From assembly GCA_028871115.1 (NCBI GenBank), contig JAGWOD010000004.1:1-55132 (forward strand): a stretch of DNA of 55,132 nucleotides, read 5' to 3'. The notes beneath the pieces are model-generated. The model worked only from the letters and a program-made list of their open reading frames with translations, made no database searches and had not been told where the DNA came from. The position numbers were made by a program, and so were the translations under genes. The stretch comes from Patescibacteria group bacterium (lineage in GTDB: Bacteria > Patescibacteriota > Minisyncoccia > Phycocordibacterales > SBAW01). How positions within the stretch are numbered: position 1 is the first letter of the stretch; the number at the start of each line of letters is the position of its first letter. Positions 16,294-25,132 of this stretch are shown one piece after another.

Positions 16294-16352
16294 ATTTCAC
16301 TCCCCCGTGAACTTGCTGCTATTAGCCTAGCATGTCTTTGCCAACAAGTGTG

Positions 16353-18041
16353 CTACATCTCCTCGGGCGCAGCGCAGCCGAGAAAGAAGAGCCCGTTACA
16401 TAGCGTCTGGCGTACTGCATCGACCAGTACAAGCCGGGAGGCTTCTCTACTGCCTCCATCAAGCACTCTTACTTGCCCATACCATGAATTGAATGCTCCA
16501 GAAAGCTCTGCGAGGTAGTGGACAAGGTAATGTGGTTCGTATTCCTCAGCGGCACGAGCCACTATTTCAGGAAAGCGGGGTAGTAATCGCTGGACCTCTG
16601 CCGCCGCTTCCTCTAGCTCCTCACCAAAGGAGGCCTTTGGAGCGGGTAGTACGCCTTTTTCTTTTGCCTTTTTGAGGATCGATACACAGCGCGTATGTGC
16701 ATACTGTAGATAGGGCCCTGAATCCCCCTCAAGAGAGAGAGACTTTTCTTCATCGAAGATAATATTCTTTCCGCTACTTTGTTTGAGTACGCTATATTTT
16801 ATGGCGGCTACGGCGATTTCTTCCGCCACTCTCTCCTTCTCGAGAGGCTCACGTCCTGTCATCTTGTCTTTCGCGGCAAGAATCATTTCTTTGATGAGCG
16901 CTTCTCCAGTGATGACATTTCCTTTGCGCGAGGACATTTTGCCGCTCGCAAGCTGCATCATGCCGTGAGGAAGATGCTCGAAGACGCCCCGCCAGGCTGG
17001 GTGGATTGAGAACAGTGCCGCGAAGACTACTTTGAAGTAATCACTCTGCTCGTTTGCCGTGATTGTTATCGAGTGATCAAATTTCACTCGTTCGCGCTTT
17101 AATTCCGCAAGCCCCAACTCCTTGGCCTCGTAGGTAGGCGTTCCCATGCGGGTAATAAACACGCGTGTGTGAAGACCCATCGCCTCACCTCGAAACACCA
17201 TCGCCCCATCGCTCTCTTCGAAAAATTCCTTGTGTGCACGGACAATTGCAATGCCGCGCGGGCCCGTTTCACTTTCAAAAAAATATTCGTCAAATTTCGT
17301 ACCGAGGAGCTGGTAGATTTCCTCGAAATGCTTCAGGGAGAGAGCGCGACCGTATTCGTAGAGCGTCTCAACCTTCGGATCGCTGTGTTCATAAATCGCT
17401 TTGTTGAGAATATCAATATCACCTCGAGCATGTTCATCGCTCTCATAGGCGCGATCCCCTTCTACATAGGCCTTTCCAATTTCTGCTATGGTGGGCTTCT
17501 CTACCCCTTCTCTCAGAAGAGCAAAAAGAGCCTTCGCCACGTGAGGCCCTACGTCTCCTTGATAATTGGCGCGGATAACCATTGCTCCCGTCGCTTCAAG
17601 AAGCCTCGCGACACTTTCTCCGAGCGCGTTGCTCATGAGGTGCCCGATGTGGAACTCTTTGAACGGATTGGGCTGCGTGTATTCGACCATGATCCGCTTC
17701 CTGACATTAGAAGTATTGCCGCCCCAGGCTTTTCCTGTTGGGGCAATTTGGGAGATTGTATTGTTAAAAAAATCCTGACTTAGCGTGAAGTTTATGAATC
17801 CTGGCGGAGCAATATCTATACGCGCAACAGCAGCAAGAGCACTCTCTTGAAGAGAAGCTCGCAGCGCTTCGGCAACTTCGCGCGGTTTCTTCCCGAGCGC
17901 CTTGGCAGCGCTGAGCGCAGCATTGGTCGCATAGTCGGCGTTCGTCTCTGCGGGCGGGTACTCAAGAGAAAATGCACTGTCCCCTGCCCCTAGGGCTTCG
18001 AGCGCTTCCCGCAAAGCGTTCTCTATATCTTCGCGAACCAT
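16353..18041 (-). CDS. argS: Arginyl-tRNA synthetase
   Basis: NPFKEFHIGHLMSNALGES (HIGH), the MSSRKGN loop and the C-terminal DALR-type anticodon-binding region. 562 aa. Confidence 0.95.
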   Translation of the reverse strand: MVREDIENALREALEALGAGDSAFSLEYPPAETNADYATNAALSAAKALGKKPREVAEALRASLQESALAAVARIDIAPPGFINFTLSQDFFNNTISQIAPTGKAWGGNTSNVRKRIMVEYTQPNPFKEFHIGHLMSNALGESVARLLEATGAMVIRANYQGDVGPHVAKALFALLREGVEKPTIAEIGKAYVEGDRAYESDEHARGDIDILNKAIYEHSDPKVETLYEYGRALSLKHFEEIYQLLGTKFDEYFFESETGPRGIAIVRAHKEFFEESDGAMVFRGEAMGLHTRVFITRMGTPTYEAKELGLAELKRERVKFDHSITITANEQSDYFKVVFAALFSIHPAWRGVFEHLPHGMMQLASGKMSSRKGNVITGEALIKEMILAAKDKMTGREPLEKERVAEEIAVAAIKYSVLKQSSGKNIIFDEEKSLSLEGDSGPYLQYAHTRCVSILKKAKEKGVLPAPKASFGEELEEAAAEVQRLLPRFPEIVARAAEEYEPHYLVHYLAELSGAFNSWYGQVRVLDGGSREASRLVLVDAVRQTLCNGLFFLGCAAPEEM

Positions 18042-18071
18042 ACGAAGAAGAGTACCAGATACCTGACCACA

Positions 18072-19175
18072 CTACATCTCGCGAGTGAGGAGCATCGGGG
18101 AGACGGTTGACGTCGCTACCGTGAAGGTCGCCTGCCCGATGATTTGATTCTGCGCAGTTTCAACACTACAGCGCCACTGCCCCGGCGTCACACCCTTTTC
18201 ACTGAATCCTTTATATCCAACTGAATTTCCTCCGACGATGGGATAGGTTATGGTGGCGCGCAGTACCCATTGGTTCGTTGCGGGGTCGAGATAGTACCAC
18301 TCGTGTTTTATCGGAGTGGTAAGGCCGGTCGGTGCAAAGACGGAAGAAAAGCAATAGGCAATCGAGCTCGTTGCAAGAGTAAATACCCCTGAAGTAGTTT
18401 GCCAAAAGTCCCACCACGGCGTCGGCTCGTAGATACCGACGTATCCTACGGTGTCACTCTTGGCGACAAAATGGTAGATGCCAATATCCTTGAGCGAGAG
18501 CGGCACCGGAGGTATGAGCTGCCCGAAATAGAGGATATTAAAGACAAGGTAAACCCCCGCGATGATCCCGACTGATTCGCCGAGAAGTCTGAGTCCAATC
18601 TTTCCACGAAATATTTTTGTTGAATTGCCGAGAATAAAAAGAAAGAGAGCTGCAATGATAAGGCTAAGGGCTCCGCTCGCAAAAAATTGAATGGGGCCAA
18701 TACTGTGGAGGATAAATGTCGGCACCGCAATCGTAGAATAGGTCAAAAGAAGAAGGTAGTAGACGGCGATATTGAAGCGATTTTGGGCGTAGCGCGTTCT
18801 TAGGAATTCATTCCCGATAAGTATCGCAAACAGAAGCCCGATGAATACAAGATTCCCTGCCGGTGTTCCACTTTTTCCATAGAGAATAAGAAGATTGCTT
18901 GAGAGACCGCCGAAGCAAAATTGCAAAAGAAGGAGCAAGAGAAGCGGCTCCGCAGCAGGTAGAGCGCTAGCACGCCTCGCCCGCAGGTTTATGAGCACTA
19001 TGATGGTCGCGGACGCTAAGAGATAGGAGAGGAGGAGAATGTTGTCATACACATTGTCAGGACGCTTGGCGATGATGAGATCAAAGGAGAAGCCGAGCAC
19101 CATTGAAGCAACAGAAAAGTGTCGCTCCCAACGCGCCCACCAATGCAGGAGCTTGTTGAAACGAGAGGTCGGCAT
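18072..19175 (-). CDS. Multi-pass membrane protein with a C-terminal DUF2914-like soluble domain
   Basis: About 8 TM helices, then a beta-rich C-terminus (HEWYYLDPATNQWVLRATITYPIVGG...GQWRCSVETAQNQIIGQATFTV). Confidence 0.7.
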   Translation of the reverse strand: MPTSRFNKLLHWWARWERHFSVASMVLGFSFDLIIAKRPDNVYDNILLLSYLLASATIIVLINLRARRASALPAAEPLLLLLLLQFCFGGLSSNLLILYGKSGTPAGNLVFIGLLFAILIGNEFLRTRYAQNRFNIAVYYLLLLTYSTIAVPTFILHSIGPIQFFASGALSLIIAALFLFILGNSTKIFRGKIGLRLLGESVGIIAGVYLVFNILYFGQLIPPVPLSLKDIGIYHFVAKSDTVGYVGIYEPTPWWDFWQTTSGVFTLATSSIAYCFSSVFAPTGLTTPIKHEWYYLDPATNQWVLRATITYPIVGGNSVGYKGFSEKGVTPGQWRCSVETAQNQIIGQATFTVATSTVSPMLLTREM

Positions 19176-19278
19176 AGAGTCCTATTGTACTAAACAAAGG
19201 TATGAGCGATTTTCTCCAATGCCGAGAAACACCTTGGCAAAAGAGCGCGGCGACAGAGACCGATATACGTGAGGCCCT

Positions 19279-20550
19279 TTATGCAAAGCGCTCAGGAATC
19301 GGAAACGTCGTGGATAACTCCTTTATTGCTTCTTGGGTGCTTTTGCGGACTTGTTGGTCTTTCGGATGCTTGAGGATATCCACCATAGACTGAGCAACAC
19401 GGAGAGATTCTTTTTCTTTCAATCCCCTCGTTGTTATTGCAGGAGTTCCAAAACGAATGCCCGAAGGATCCATCGGGCTTCGAGTATCATTTGCAATAGC
19501 ATTCTTATTAAGGGTAATACCTGCCTCATCAAGGATTTCTTCTGCTTCTTTCCCCGAAATTCCCAGCGAACCATATACATCTGCAAGCAGTAAGTGGTTG
19601 TCGGTACCCCCCGCAAGAAGTCGTATACCCTCACGTTTGAACACATCCTCCATCGCCTTCGCGTTACGCAGAATTTGGAGAGCGTATGTCTTAAACGATG
19701 GGCGCAGCGCTTCGCCGAAGGCTACCGCTTTTGCGGCAATGGTGTGCATATGGGGCCCGCCTTGAAAACCCGGGAACACGGTCTTGTCTATTTTTCTTGC
19801 AATTTCTTCACTCTCGCGCGTGAGGATCATCCCTCCGCGGGGACCACGCAGTGTCTTATGGGTGGTCGTGGTCATGACATCAAACCCATAGTCGAAGGGG
19901 TTCTTCGCGGCCTTCCCTGCTATGAGCCCGGCAATGTGCGCAATATCCATGACCGCATAGGCTCCGACGTCCCGCGCAATGTCGACAAATTTTTTATAGT
20001 CGAGCTCGCGTGGATACGCTGAGAAACCTGCAAGTACGATTTTCGGCCGAACTTTCTTTGCGATTGCGTGCATTTCCTCATAATCAATCTCACCTGTTTC
20101 TATATTGCGCATTTTATAGCGCACAAAATTGAAGATTTTGGTGATGTAGGTGACCGGATGCCCGTGCGTGAGGTGGCCGCCGTGGGAGAGGTCCATCCCG
20201 AGCACCGTGTCTCCAGGTTCCAGAAGCGCAAAATACATCGCGATGTTGGCGTTAGCTCCTCCGAGCGGCTGGACGTTTGCGTACCCAGCTCCGAAAAGCT
20301 TTTTCGCCCGCTCGAGCGCAATCATCTCGACCGCATCCGTGAACTCCTGACCGCCGTAGTAGCGCTTGCCGGGGTATCCTTCTGAGTATTTGTTGGTGAG
20401 AATGGAGCCACTGGCCTCGCGCACAGCGCGCGAAACATAATTCTCCGAAGGAATGAGTTCGAGCCCTAACGCTTCTCTATTCTCTTCACCCTGAAGCGCT
20501 TTATATATTTCGGAGTCCTCTTCTGCTATATGTGCGTAAAAATCTTCCAT
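19279..20550 (-). CDS. glyA: Serine hydroxymethyltransferase
   Basis: LIPSENY, GYPGKRYYGG and TTTTHKTLRGPRGG (PLP-lysine motif). Confidence 0.97.
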   Translation of the reverse strand: MEDFYAHIAEEDSEIYKALQGEENREALGLELIPSENYVSRAVREASGSILTNKYSEGYPGKRYYGGQEFTDAVEMIALERAKKLFGAGYANVQPLGGANANIAMYFALLEPGDTVLGMDLSHGGHLTHGHPVTYITKIFNFVRYKMRNIETGEIDYEEMHAIAKKVRPKIVLAGFSAYPRELDYKKFVDIARDVGAYAVMDIAHIAGLIAGKAAKNPFDYGFDVMTTTTHKTLRGPRGGMILTRESEEIARKIDKTVFPGFQGGPHMHTIAAKAVAFGEALRPSFKTYALQILRNAKAMEDVFKREGIRLLAGGTDNHLLLADVYGSLGISGKEAEEILDEAGITLNKNAIANDTRSPMDPSGIRFGTPAITTRGLKEKESLRVAQSMVDILKHPKDQQVRKSTQEAIKELSTTFPIPERFA

Positions 20551-20607
20551 GGTCGTAAGTCCAATGAGTAATCGTGACCGACGGAAGATACTAGACCATA
20601 TACAGGA

Positions 20608-21558
20608 TTATACGCTGTGGAGTTTCTTGTTGTACCCACCTGAGACCACAAGATCGGCCTTGATAGTCGTGTGTGGTTCGTAGCCGTTGAGCTCGACATA
20701 CTCCGGCTTGAACGAATCGAGTGAGTTGAAAGCATGCGTGAAGGAAATGGTTGGGAACATTTTAGGTTCGCGCGCGAGCTGTTCGCGGGCTGATTCCCTG
20801 TGTGTTTCGTATATATGGAGGTCGCCAAACGTATGGACGAACTCTCCGGGCTCGCGACCGAGTATCTTGGCAATGATGATAGTAAGAAGCGCATAGCTCG
20901 CGATGTTGAAAGGAACCCCGAGAAATACATCGGCGCTGCGTTGATAAAGCTGCAGACATACCCGCCCATGTTTTATGTTGAGTTGGTAGAGATTGTGGCA
21001 AATGGGAAAGCGTGCCGCCTGTCCGGGAGCCGCCATCGCGTAGAGATACTCAGGATTCCAGGAGGATACGAGCGTATTGTGAGCGTCCGGATCCTTCCGC
21101 AATTCCTCTATCGCCCAAGAGAGTTGATCCACTCTTCTGCCGTCCTGCGCCTCCCAGCGTCGCCAAAGTTCCCCGTAGATATGGGGCAGCTCGCCATACT
21201 CTCGTGCGAACGCTTTATCAGTCTTTATTTTCTCGATGAACGCTTCCTTCGTCAGGGTATTGCCATGCTTCTCTTGGTAGATTTTGTAGGGATAGTCGTC
21301 CCAAATATGGACGTCGTGGTCAACGAGATACTTTATGTTGCTCTGACCAGAGAGAAACCAATAAAGTTCATGGAGCACTCCTTTCCAGTAGACCCGCTTG
21401 GTTGTGAGGAGTGGGAACCCCTCAGAGAGATCGAACCGCATCTGCCGCCCAAATACGCTATAGGTTTTAGTGCCGTGATCCTTGTCGACTTGTTCTTCAC
21501 CCCGCTCGAGCGTTTCGCGCAGAAGGTCGAGATATTGCTGTTCGGGGTGGCGTTTCAT
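20608..21558 (-). CDS. thyA: Thymidylate synthase (ThyA type)
   Basis: EQQYLDLL, FGRQMRFDL, GFPLLTTKR, LHELYWFLSG, PICHNLYQL (catalytic Cys) and LYQRSADVFLGVPFNIASYALL. Confidence 0.97.
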   Translation of the reverse strand: MKRHPEQQYLDLLRETLERGEEQVDKDHGTKTYSVFGRQMRFDLSEGFPLLTTKRVYWKGVLHELYWFLSGQSNIKYLVDHDVHIWDDYPYKIYQEKHGNTLTKEAFIEKIKTDKAFAREYGELPHIYGELWRRWEAQDGRRVDQLSWAIEELRKDPDAHNTLVSSWNPEYLYAMAAPGQAARFPICHNLYQLNIKHGRVCLQLYQRSADVFLGVPFNIASYALLTIIIAKILGREPGEFVHTFGDLHIYETHRESAREQLAREPKMFPTISFTHAFNSLDSFKPEYVELNGYEPHTTIKADLVVSGGYNKKLHSV

Positions 21559-21564
21559 ATGAGG

Positions 21565-22134
21565 TTACTTCGCTGCCTTTGTTTTTGGGATCTTCCGCTT
21601 CTCTTCGACGTACCCCTTGATATTGTCGGCGGAATAGCGCCCGGTATCCTTGTAGCTCTGGCGCGGAGGCGAGGAGAGTTTTGAGAATGTGAGCTGCGCG
21701 ATTGCCATCCCGGGGTGAAGGACTATAGGTACGTTGTTGAGATTGCAGAGCTCGAGGGCAACATTGAGGAAATGTCCGGGGTTGATGAGCGCCGCGGAAT
21801 TGTGAACCAAGAGTCCGATGCGCGCGAGCGAACTTTTTCCGTTGACTTCAATGAGGTAACTGTCGGAGCCAAAATAGTCTTTTGAATAGCCGAGGATGGA
21901 GACACCTGGATGCAGAACAAATACGTCCCCGTCGGCAACCGTTACTTCCGTGGTTTTGGGGAACACTTTCTTTACCGGATCGATATAGGTTGAGGAATGG
22001 GCATCATTCACGAAGAAGGTATTGCCGAGGAGAATATCGTAGCTTGCAGGCTGGAGGCGCTTCTCGTCGAAAGGCTTGAGGATTATTTCCCCTTTCTCTA
22101 CCGCCTTCTTAATATCGACATCTGAAAGCATCAT
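21565..22134 (-). CDS. dcd: dCTP deaminase
   Basis: MMLSDVDIKKAVEKGEIILKPFD...LQPASYDILLG. I chose the start at ATG 22134, one nt after the stop of the upstream CYTH gene. The track ORF extends to 22248 and would overlap that gene. Confidence 0.9.
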   Translation of the reverse strand: MMLSDVDIKKAVEKGEIILKPFDEKRLQPASYDILLGNTFFVNDAHSSTYIDPVKKVFPKTTEVTVADGDVFVLHPGVSILGYSKDYFGSDSYLIEVNGKSSLARIGLLVHNSAALINPGHFLNVALELCNLNNVPIVLHPGMAIAQLTFSKLSSPPRQSYKDTGRYSADNIKGYVEEKRKIPKTKAAK

Positions 22135-22135
22135 G

Positions 22136-22813
22136 TTAGGCGACAGTGAATACCTTATCCGTTCCGTAATATTCCTGCCAATGCGCATTATAGAAAGAAA
22201 ACATGCGTTCAAGTCGATCCTGCGGAAGCTCCTGCACATCAAGTTCACGCATGAGAGCCCGTATTTCTTGGCGCGCAGCTTCGACAGCTTCTCTGTCTTC
22301 TACCATCTTTTCGAACTCGGCGAGCCAGCCATACCCCGCGTTTTTATCAAGGCAGATATTAATTCCTCGACAGAGATATTCCTCACGGTCACGAGACCAC
22401 TTTGCTTGGTAGATGAACCCGGAACCGAGAATGAGAGCGTCGAGAGCGTCGAGTGGAATATCTACCTTTTCGTCGAGCTCAATGCGCGAAATGCCGTTGT
22501 CGCTTGAGCTGTCGTCGATTGAGGCCTTAACGACAAGATACACCCCGGAATCTTTTTGACGCGTGCGCACTGAGAAAGTTTTCGCTTTTCTTGCAAGATC
22601 ATCAAACTGGATACATTTATCCTCCTCAAGGCAGCGTCGTGCAACCGATTCAGCAAGCGCATCAAGATTTCCTCCTTGGAAGTAATGGTTGAGCTGAGAA
22701 TTGTGGGCAACGAGTTTGGTAGCAGGATCAAGTCGAAATATTCGCTCGCGCAACGCATCCGCGTTCTCTTTGCTCCCAAGAAGCGACTTTATCTCTACTT
22801 CATAGCTGTGCAT
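22136..22813 (-). CDS. CYTH-domain (triphosphate tunnel metalloenzyme) protein
   Basis: N-terminal ExExK signature (YEVEIKSLL). Size and charged-residue pattern are compatible with CyaB/ThTPase-like proteins. It is the first gene of the dcd-thyA-glyA string. Confidence 0.6.
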   Translation of the reverse strand: MHSYEVEIKSLLGSKENADALRERIFRLDPATKLVAHNSQLNHYFQGGNLDALAESVARRCLEEDKCIQFDDLARKAKTFSVRTRQKDSGVYLVVKASIDDSSSDNGISRIELDEKVDIPLDALDALILGSGFIYQAKWSRDREEYLCRGINICLDKNAGYGWLAEFEKMVEDREAVEAARQEIRALMRELDVQELPQDRLERMFSFYNAHWQEYYGTDKVFTVA

Positions 22814-22891
22814 GAAAACATTTTAGCCTGCATGCCGCTGAAGGCAAAATGTGGGCGAAAGTAATTCTTTGTGGTGTGATATATTTCCCGC

Positions 22892-23392
22892 ATGCATAAA
22901 CCGAGAGTAAGTATGGTGGCCGCAATCGGAAAGAACCGAGTACTCGGAAAAGGAGGTGGCCTCCTCTGGCATATCCCAGAAGATCTCAAGCGTTTCAAAC
23001 GCCTCACCCTCGGCCACCCGATCATCATGGGACGCAAAACATTTGAATCAATCGCCCCCTATCTCAAAGGACCCTTGCCGGGACGCACTAACATCGTTCT
23101 AACGCGCGACCCCACATGGGGCTATGAAGGAGTCTTCACCTGCAAAAGCTTAGAGGAAGCGCTCAAGAAGGCAGGTGAGTTCACCAATGAAGAAATCTTC
23201 ATCGGCGGGGGTGGAGAATTATATACACAAGCCCTTCCCTATGCGGATAAACTCTATCTCACGATTGTGAAGGATGAAAAGGAAGGAGATGCTTTTTTCC
23301 CACCATATGAAAGATACTTCACTAAAAAAGTATTCGAGGAAGAACATGAGTGGAACGGGGTGAAATACACATGGATTGATTTTGAACGCTAA
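22892..23392 (+). CDS. folA: Dihydrofolate reductase
   Basis: MVAAIGKNRVLGKGGGLLWHIPEDLKRFKRLTLGHPIIMGRKTFESI and IGGGELY. The true start may be Met8 (nt 22913). Confidence 0.9.
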   Translation: MHKPRVSMVAAIGKNRVLGKGGGLLWHIPEDLKRFKRLTLGHPIIMGRKTFESIAPYLKGPLPGRTNIVLTRDPTWGYEGVFTCKSLEEALKKAGEFTNEEIFIGGGGELYTQALPYADKLYLTIVKDEKEGDAFFPPYERYFTKKVFEEEHEWNGVKYTWIDFER

Positions 23393-23435
23393 GAATTATA
23401 TGGTTTTGCAAGACGAACATAGAGGAGAGTGGTAG

Positions 23436-23780
23436 ATGGAATTACGCAGTGTAGCTCTGTACACCGCTCGGATTGATGCGGTCTGCAGTTTTTTAAAGAC
23501 TCTTGGGCTCACGCTGGTGTCCAAGCAACATAAAGATGGGCCGCCGCATTTTGTCTGCGAACTCGGCGGGACGATCTTGAAAATCTACCCGGGCCAAGTG
23601 CAGAGTCGGGTTCGGCTTGGATTTCGAGTTCCTTCTTTTTTCGGGTTCCGATTTCCCTCTTTGACCGAGCTGGGCAAGGATCTCGCTCTCAAAGGAGTTG
23701 CCCTTGAGGAGGAAGATCGCGGTGGCAATCATTACTTGGTTGCCCGAGGGCCTGAAATTAGCGTCGAGTTTAGTGAATAG
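23436..23780 (+). CDS. Small VOC/glyoxalase-like protein (tentative)
   Basis: 114 aa with a beta-alpha-beta-beta-beta-like pattern and weak similarity by eye. Followed by a terminator. Confidence 0.45.
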   Translation: MELRSVALYTARIDAVCSFLKTLGLTLVSKQHKDGPPHFVCELGGTILKIYPGQVQSRVRLGFRVPSFFGFRFPSLTELGKDLALKGVALEEEDRGGNHYLVARGPEISVEFSE

Positions 23781-23790
23781 GGAGATCAAC

Positions 23791-23825
23791 GAACCCTGCC
23801 ACTCTCATGGCAGGGTTCAAATTTT
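23791..23825 (+). terminator. Intrinsic terminator after the small VOC-like gene
   Basis: GAACCCTGCC-actctcat-GGCAGGGTTC hairpin followed by AAATTTTAT. Confidence 0.6.
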
Positions 23826-23837
23826 ATATATGAAATA

Positions 23838-24260
23838 TTATTTTACCTCGACGCCCATTGAGCGAGCTGAGCCTTCGATTATCCTCATCGCTTGATCAAT
23901 ATCCTGTGTATTGAGGTCTGCCATTTTCTTCTGAGCAATTTCTCGGACTTGCGCTTTTGTAAGGGTACCGACTTTGGAAGTATTGGGCTTACCTGATCCT
24001 TTATCTTTGCCAAGCGCCTTGAGAATAAGGTTAGAGGCGGGCGGCTTTTTTAGAATGAAGGAGTAGGAGCGGTCGTCATACACAGAAATGACCGCAGGTA
24101 CCATGTCCCCTTTCATATCCTTAGACGCTTCGTTGAATTTCTTTACGAATTCACCGATGTTGATACCCGCAGGCCCGAGCACCTGCCCCATGGCAGGGGT
24201 AAGAGTCGCGGCACCGCCTTGGGCAATTATCTTTATCTGTTTCACTACCTTTTTCGCCAT
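23838..24260 (-). CDS. rplK: 50S ribosomal protein L11
   Basis: KIIAQGGAATLTPAMGQVLGPAGINIGEFVKKFN... is typical L11. 140 aa. Confidence 0.97.
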   Translation of the reverse strand: MAKKVVKQIKIIAQGGAATLTPAMGQVLGPAGINIGEFVKKFNEASKDMKGDMVPAVISVYDDRSYSFILKKPPASNLILKALGKDKGSGKPNTSKVGTLTKAQVREIAQKKMADLNTQDIDQAMRIIEGSARSMGVEVK

Positions 24261-24271
24261 AGAGAGTTACG

Positions 24272-24817
24272 TTATATCCTTTTTACTTGGAGGAAATCAA
24301 GCTCGACCGGAGTTTCGCGTCCAAACATAGCAACGAGCACTTTTACCTTGCCACGAGCCTCGTCGACTTCGCCTACCTTACCGTCGAGATCTTTAAAGGG
24401 CCCGTCAACGATAGTGACGGAGTCTCCTTTCTGTAAATCAATGGCATGTTTGACGCCAGTCTCTTGCATGCGCCCAAGAAGTATCTCTACTTCTTCCTTA
24501 GAGAGCGGTACGGGGTGGACGCCAGATCCGACGAATCCTGTAACTCGGGGAGTGTTGCGCACTACGAACCAAGACTGGTCGTCGACGACCATATCGACGA
24601 GCACGTAGCCCGGATAGACCTTCTCTTCTTCCTCGACGCGCTTGCCGCCTTTGACCTTAATAGTGCGCTCCGTGGGAACGATCACGCTGAAGATCTTTTC
24701 CTGAAGCCCCATGGATTCGATGCGCTGGCGCAGGTTGCGTGCCACCGCGTTTTCATACCCCGCGTAGGTGTGGATGGCGTACCAGTTTCGTCCTTCGTTT
24801 ATATTTTGTTTCGACAT
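24272..24817 (-). CDS. nusG: Transcription termination/antitermination factor NusG
   Basis: Start at Met35 of the track ORF (MSKQNINEGRNWYAIHTYAGYENAV). NGN domain plus C-terminal KOW (GDSVTIVDGPFKDLDGKVGEVD). Confidence 0.95.
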   Translation of the reverse strand: MSKQNINEGRNWYAIHTYAGYENAVARNLRQRIESMGLQEKIFSVIVPTERTIKVKGGKRVEEEEKVYPGYVLVDMVVDDQSWFVVRNTPRVTGFVGSGVHPVPLSKEEVEILLGRMQETGVKHAIDLQKGDSVTIVDGPFKDLDGKVGEVDEARGKVKVLVAMFGRETPVELDFLQVKRI

Positions 24818-24830
24818 TGCCGTGAAAAAA

Positions 24831-25001
24831 TTAGATGATGTGCTGAAGAACCGCTGAGAAGAATTCATCGAGAAGACCCAGGTAGATAGCAACCGCGAGC
24901 GAAACGACAATGACGACAACCGTGTAGATAGTCGTTTGTCGACGGGAAGGCCATGTCACATGCCGCATCTCTGCTCTCACTTGCTTGAAATATTCGAACA
25001 T
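24831..25001 (-). CDS. secE: Preprotein translocase subunit SecE (56 aa, below the ORF-track cutoff)
   Basis: MFEYFKQVRAEMRHVTWPSRRQTTIYTVVVIVVSLAVAIYLGLLDEFFSAVLQHII. It has the V-x-W-P motif plus a single TM helix, in the conserved position just upstream of nusG. Confidence 0.8.
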   Translation of the reverse strand: MFEYFKQVRAEMRHVTWPSRRQTTIYTVVVIVVSLAVAIYLGLLDEFFSAVLQHII

Positions 25002-25086
25002 AAGGATAGGTATAGGGAAAATAAGGCAATTTTAAAAGCCCTCGCGGGCCGTTACGAGAATAGTATACCCTCCAAAGAGCAAAGAG

Positions 25087-25122
25087 CAAGGGCCTCTCCG
25101 GGGTACCCCGGAGAGGCCCTTG
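25087..25122 (-). terminator. Intrinsic terminator after the SIMPL-domain gene
   Basis: Perfect 17-bp palindrome CAAGGGCCTCTCCGGGG-ta-CCCCGGAGAGGCCCTTG, followed on the minus strand by a T-rich tract. Confidence 0.7.
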
Positions 25123-25132
25123 GGATGAAAAG

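Noticed and set aside
16097-16352. Possible T-box riboswitch leader upstream of ileS (long spacer, terminator right before an aminoacyl-tRNA synthetase gene).
   Set aside because: I read the minus strand of the whole spacer. I found no T-box antiterminator sequence (AGGGUGGNACCGCG-like), no obvious specifier-loop/GA-motif Stem I, and no alternative pairing that would disrupt the terminator. The region is kept as an unexplained finding but is not called a T-box.
25002-25086. Expected tRNA-Trp or rpmG upstream of secE, as in many bacteria.
   Set aside because: The 131-nt spacer up to the SIMPL gene contains only that gene's terminator palindrome and A/T-rich promoter-like sequence. No cloverleaf and no L33-like small ORF can be drawn.
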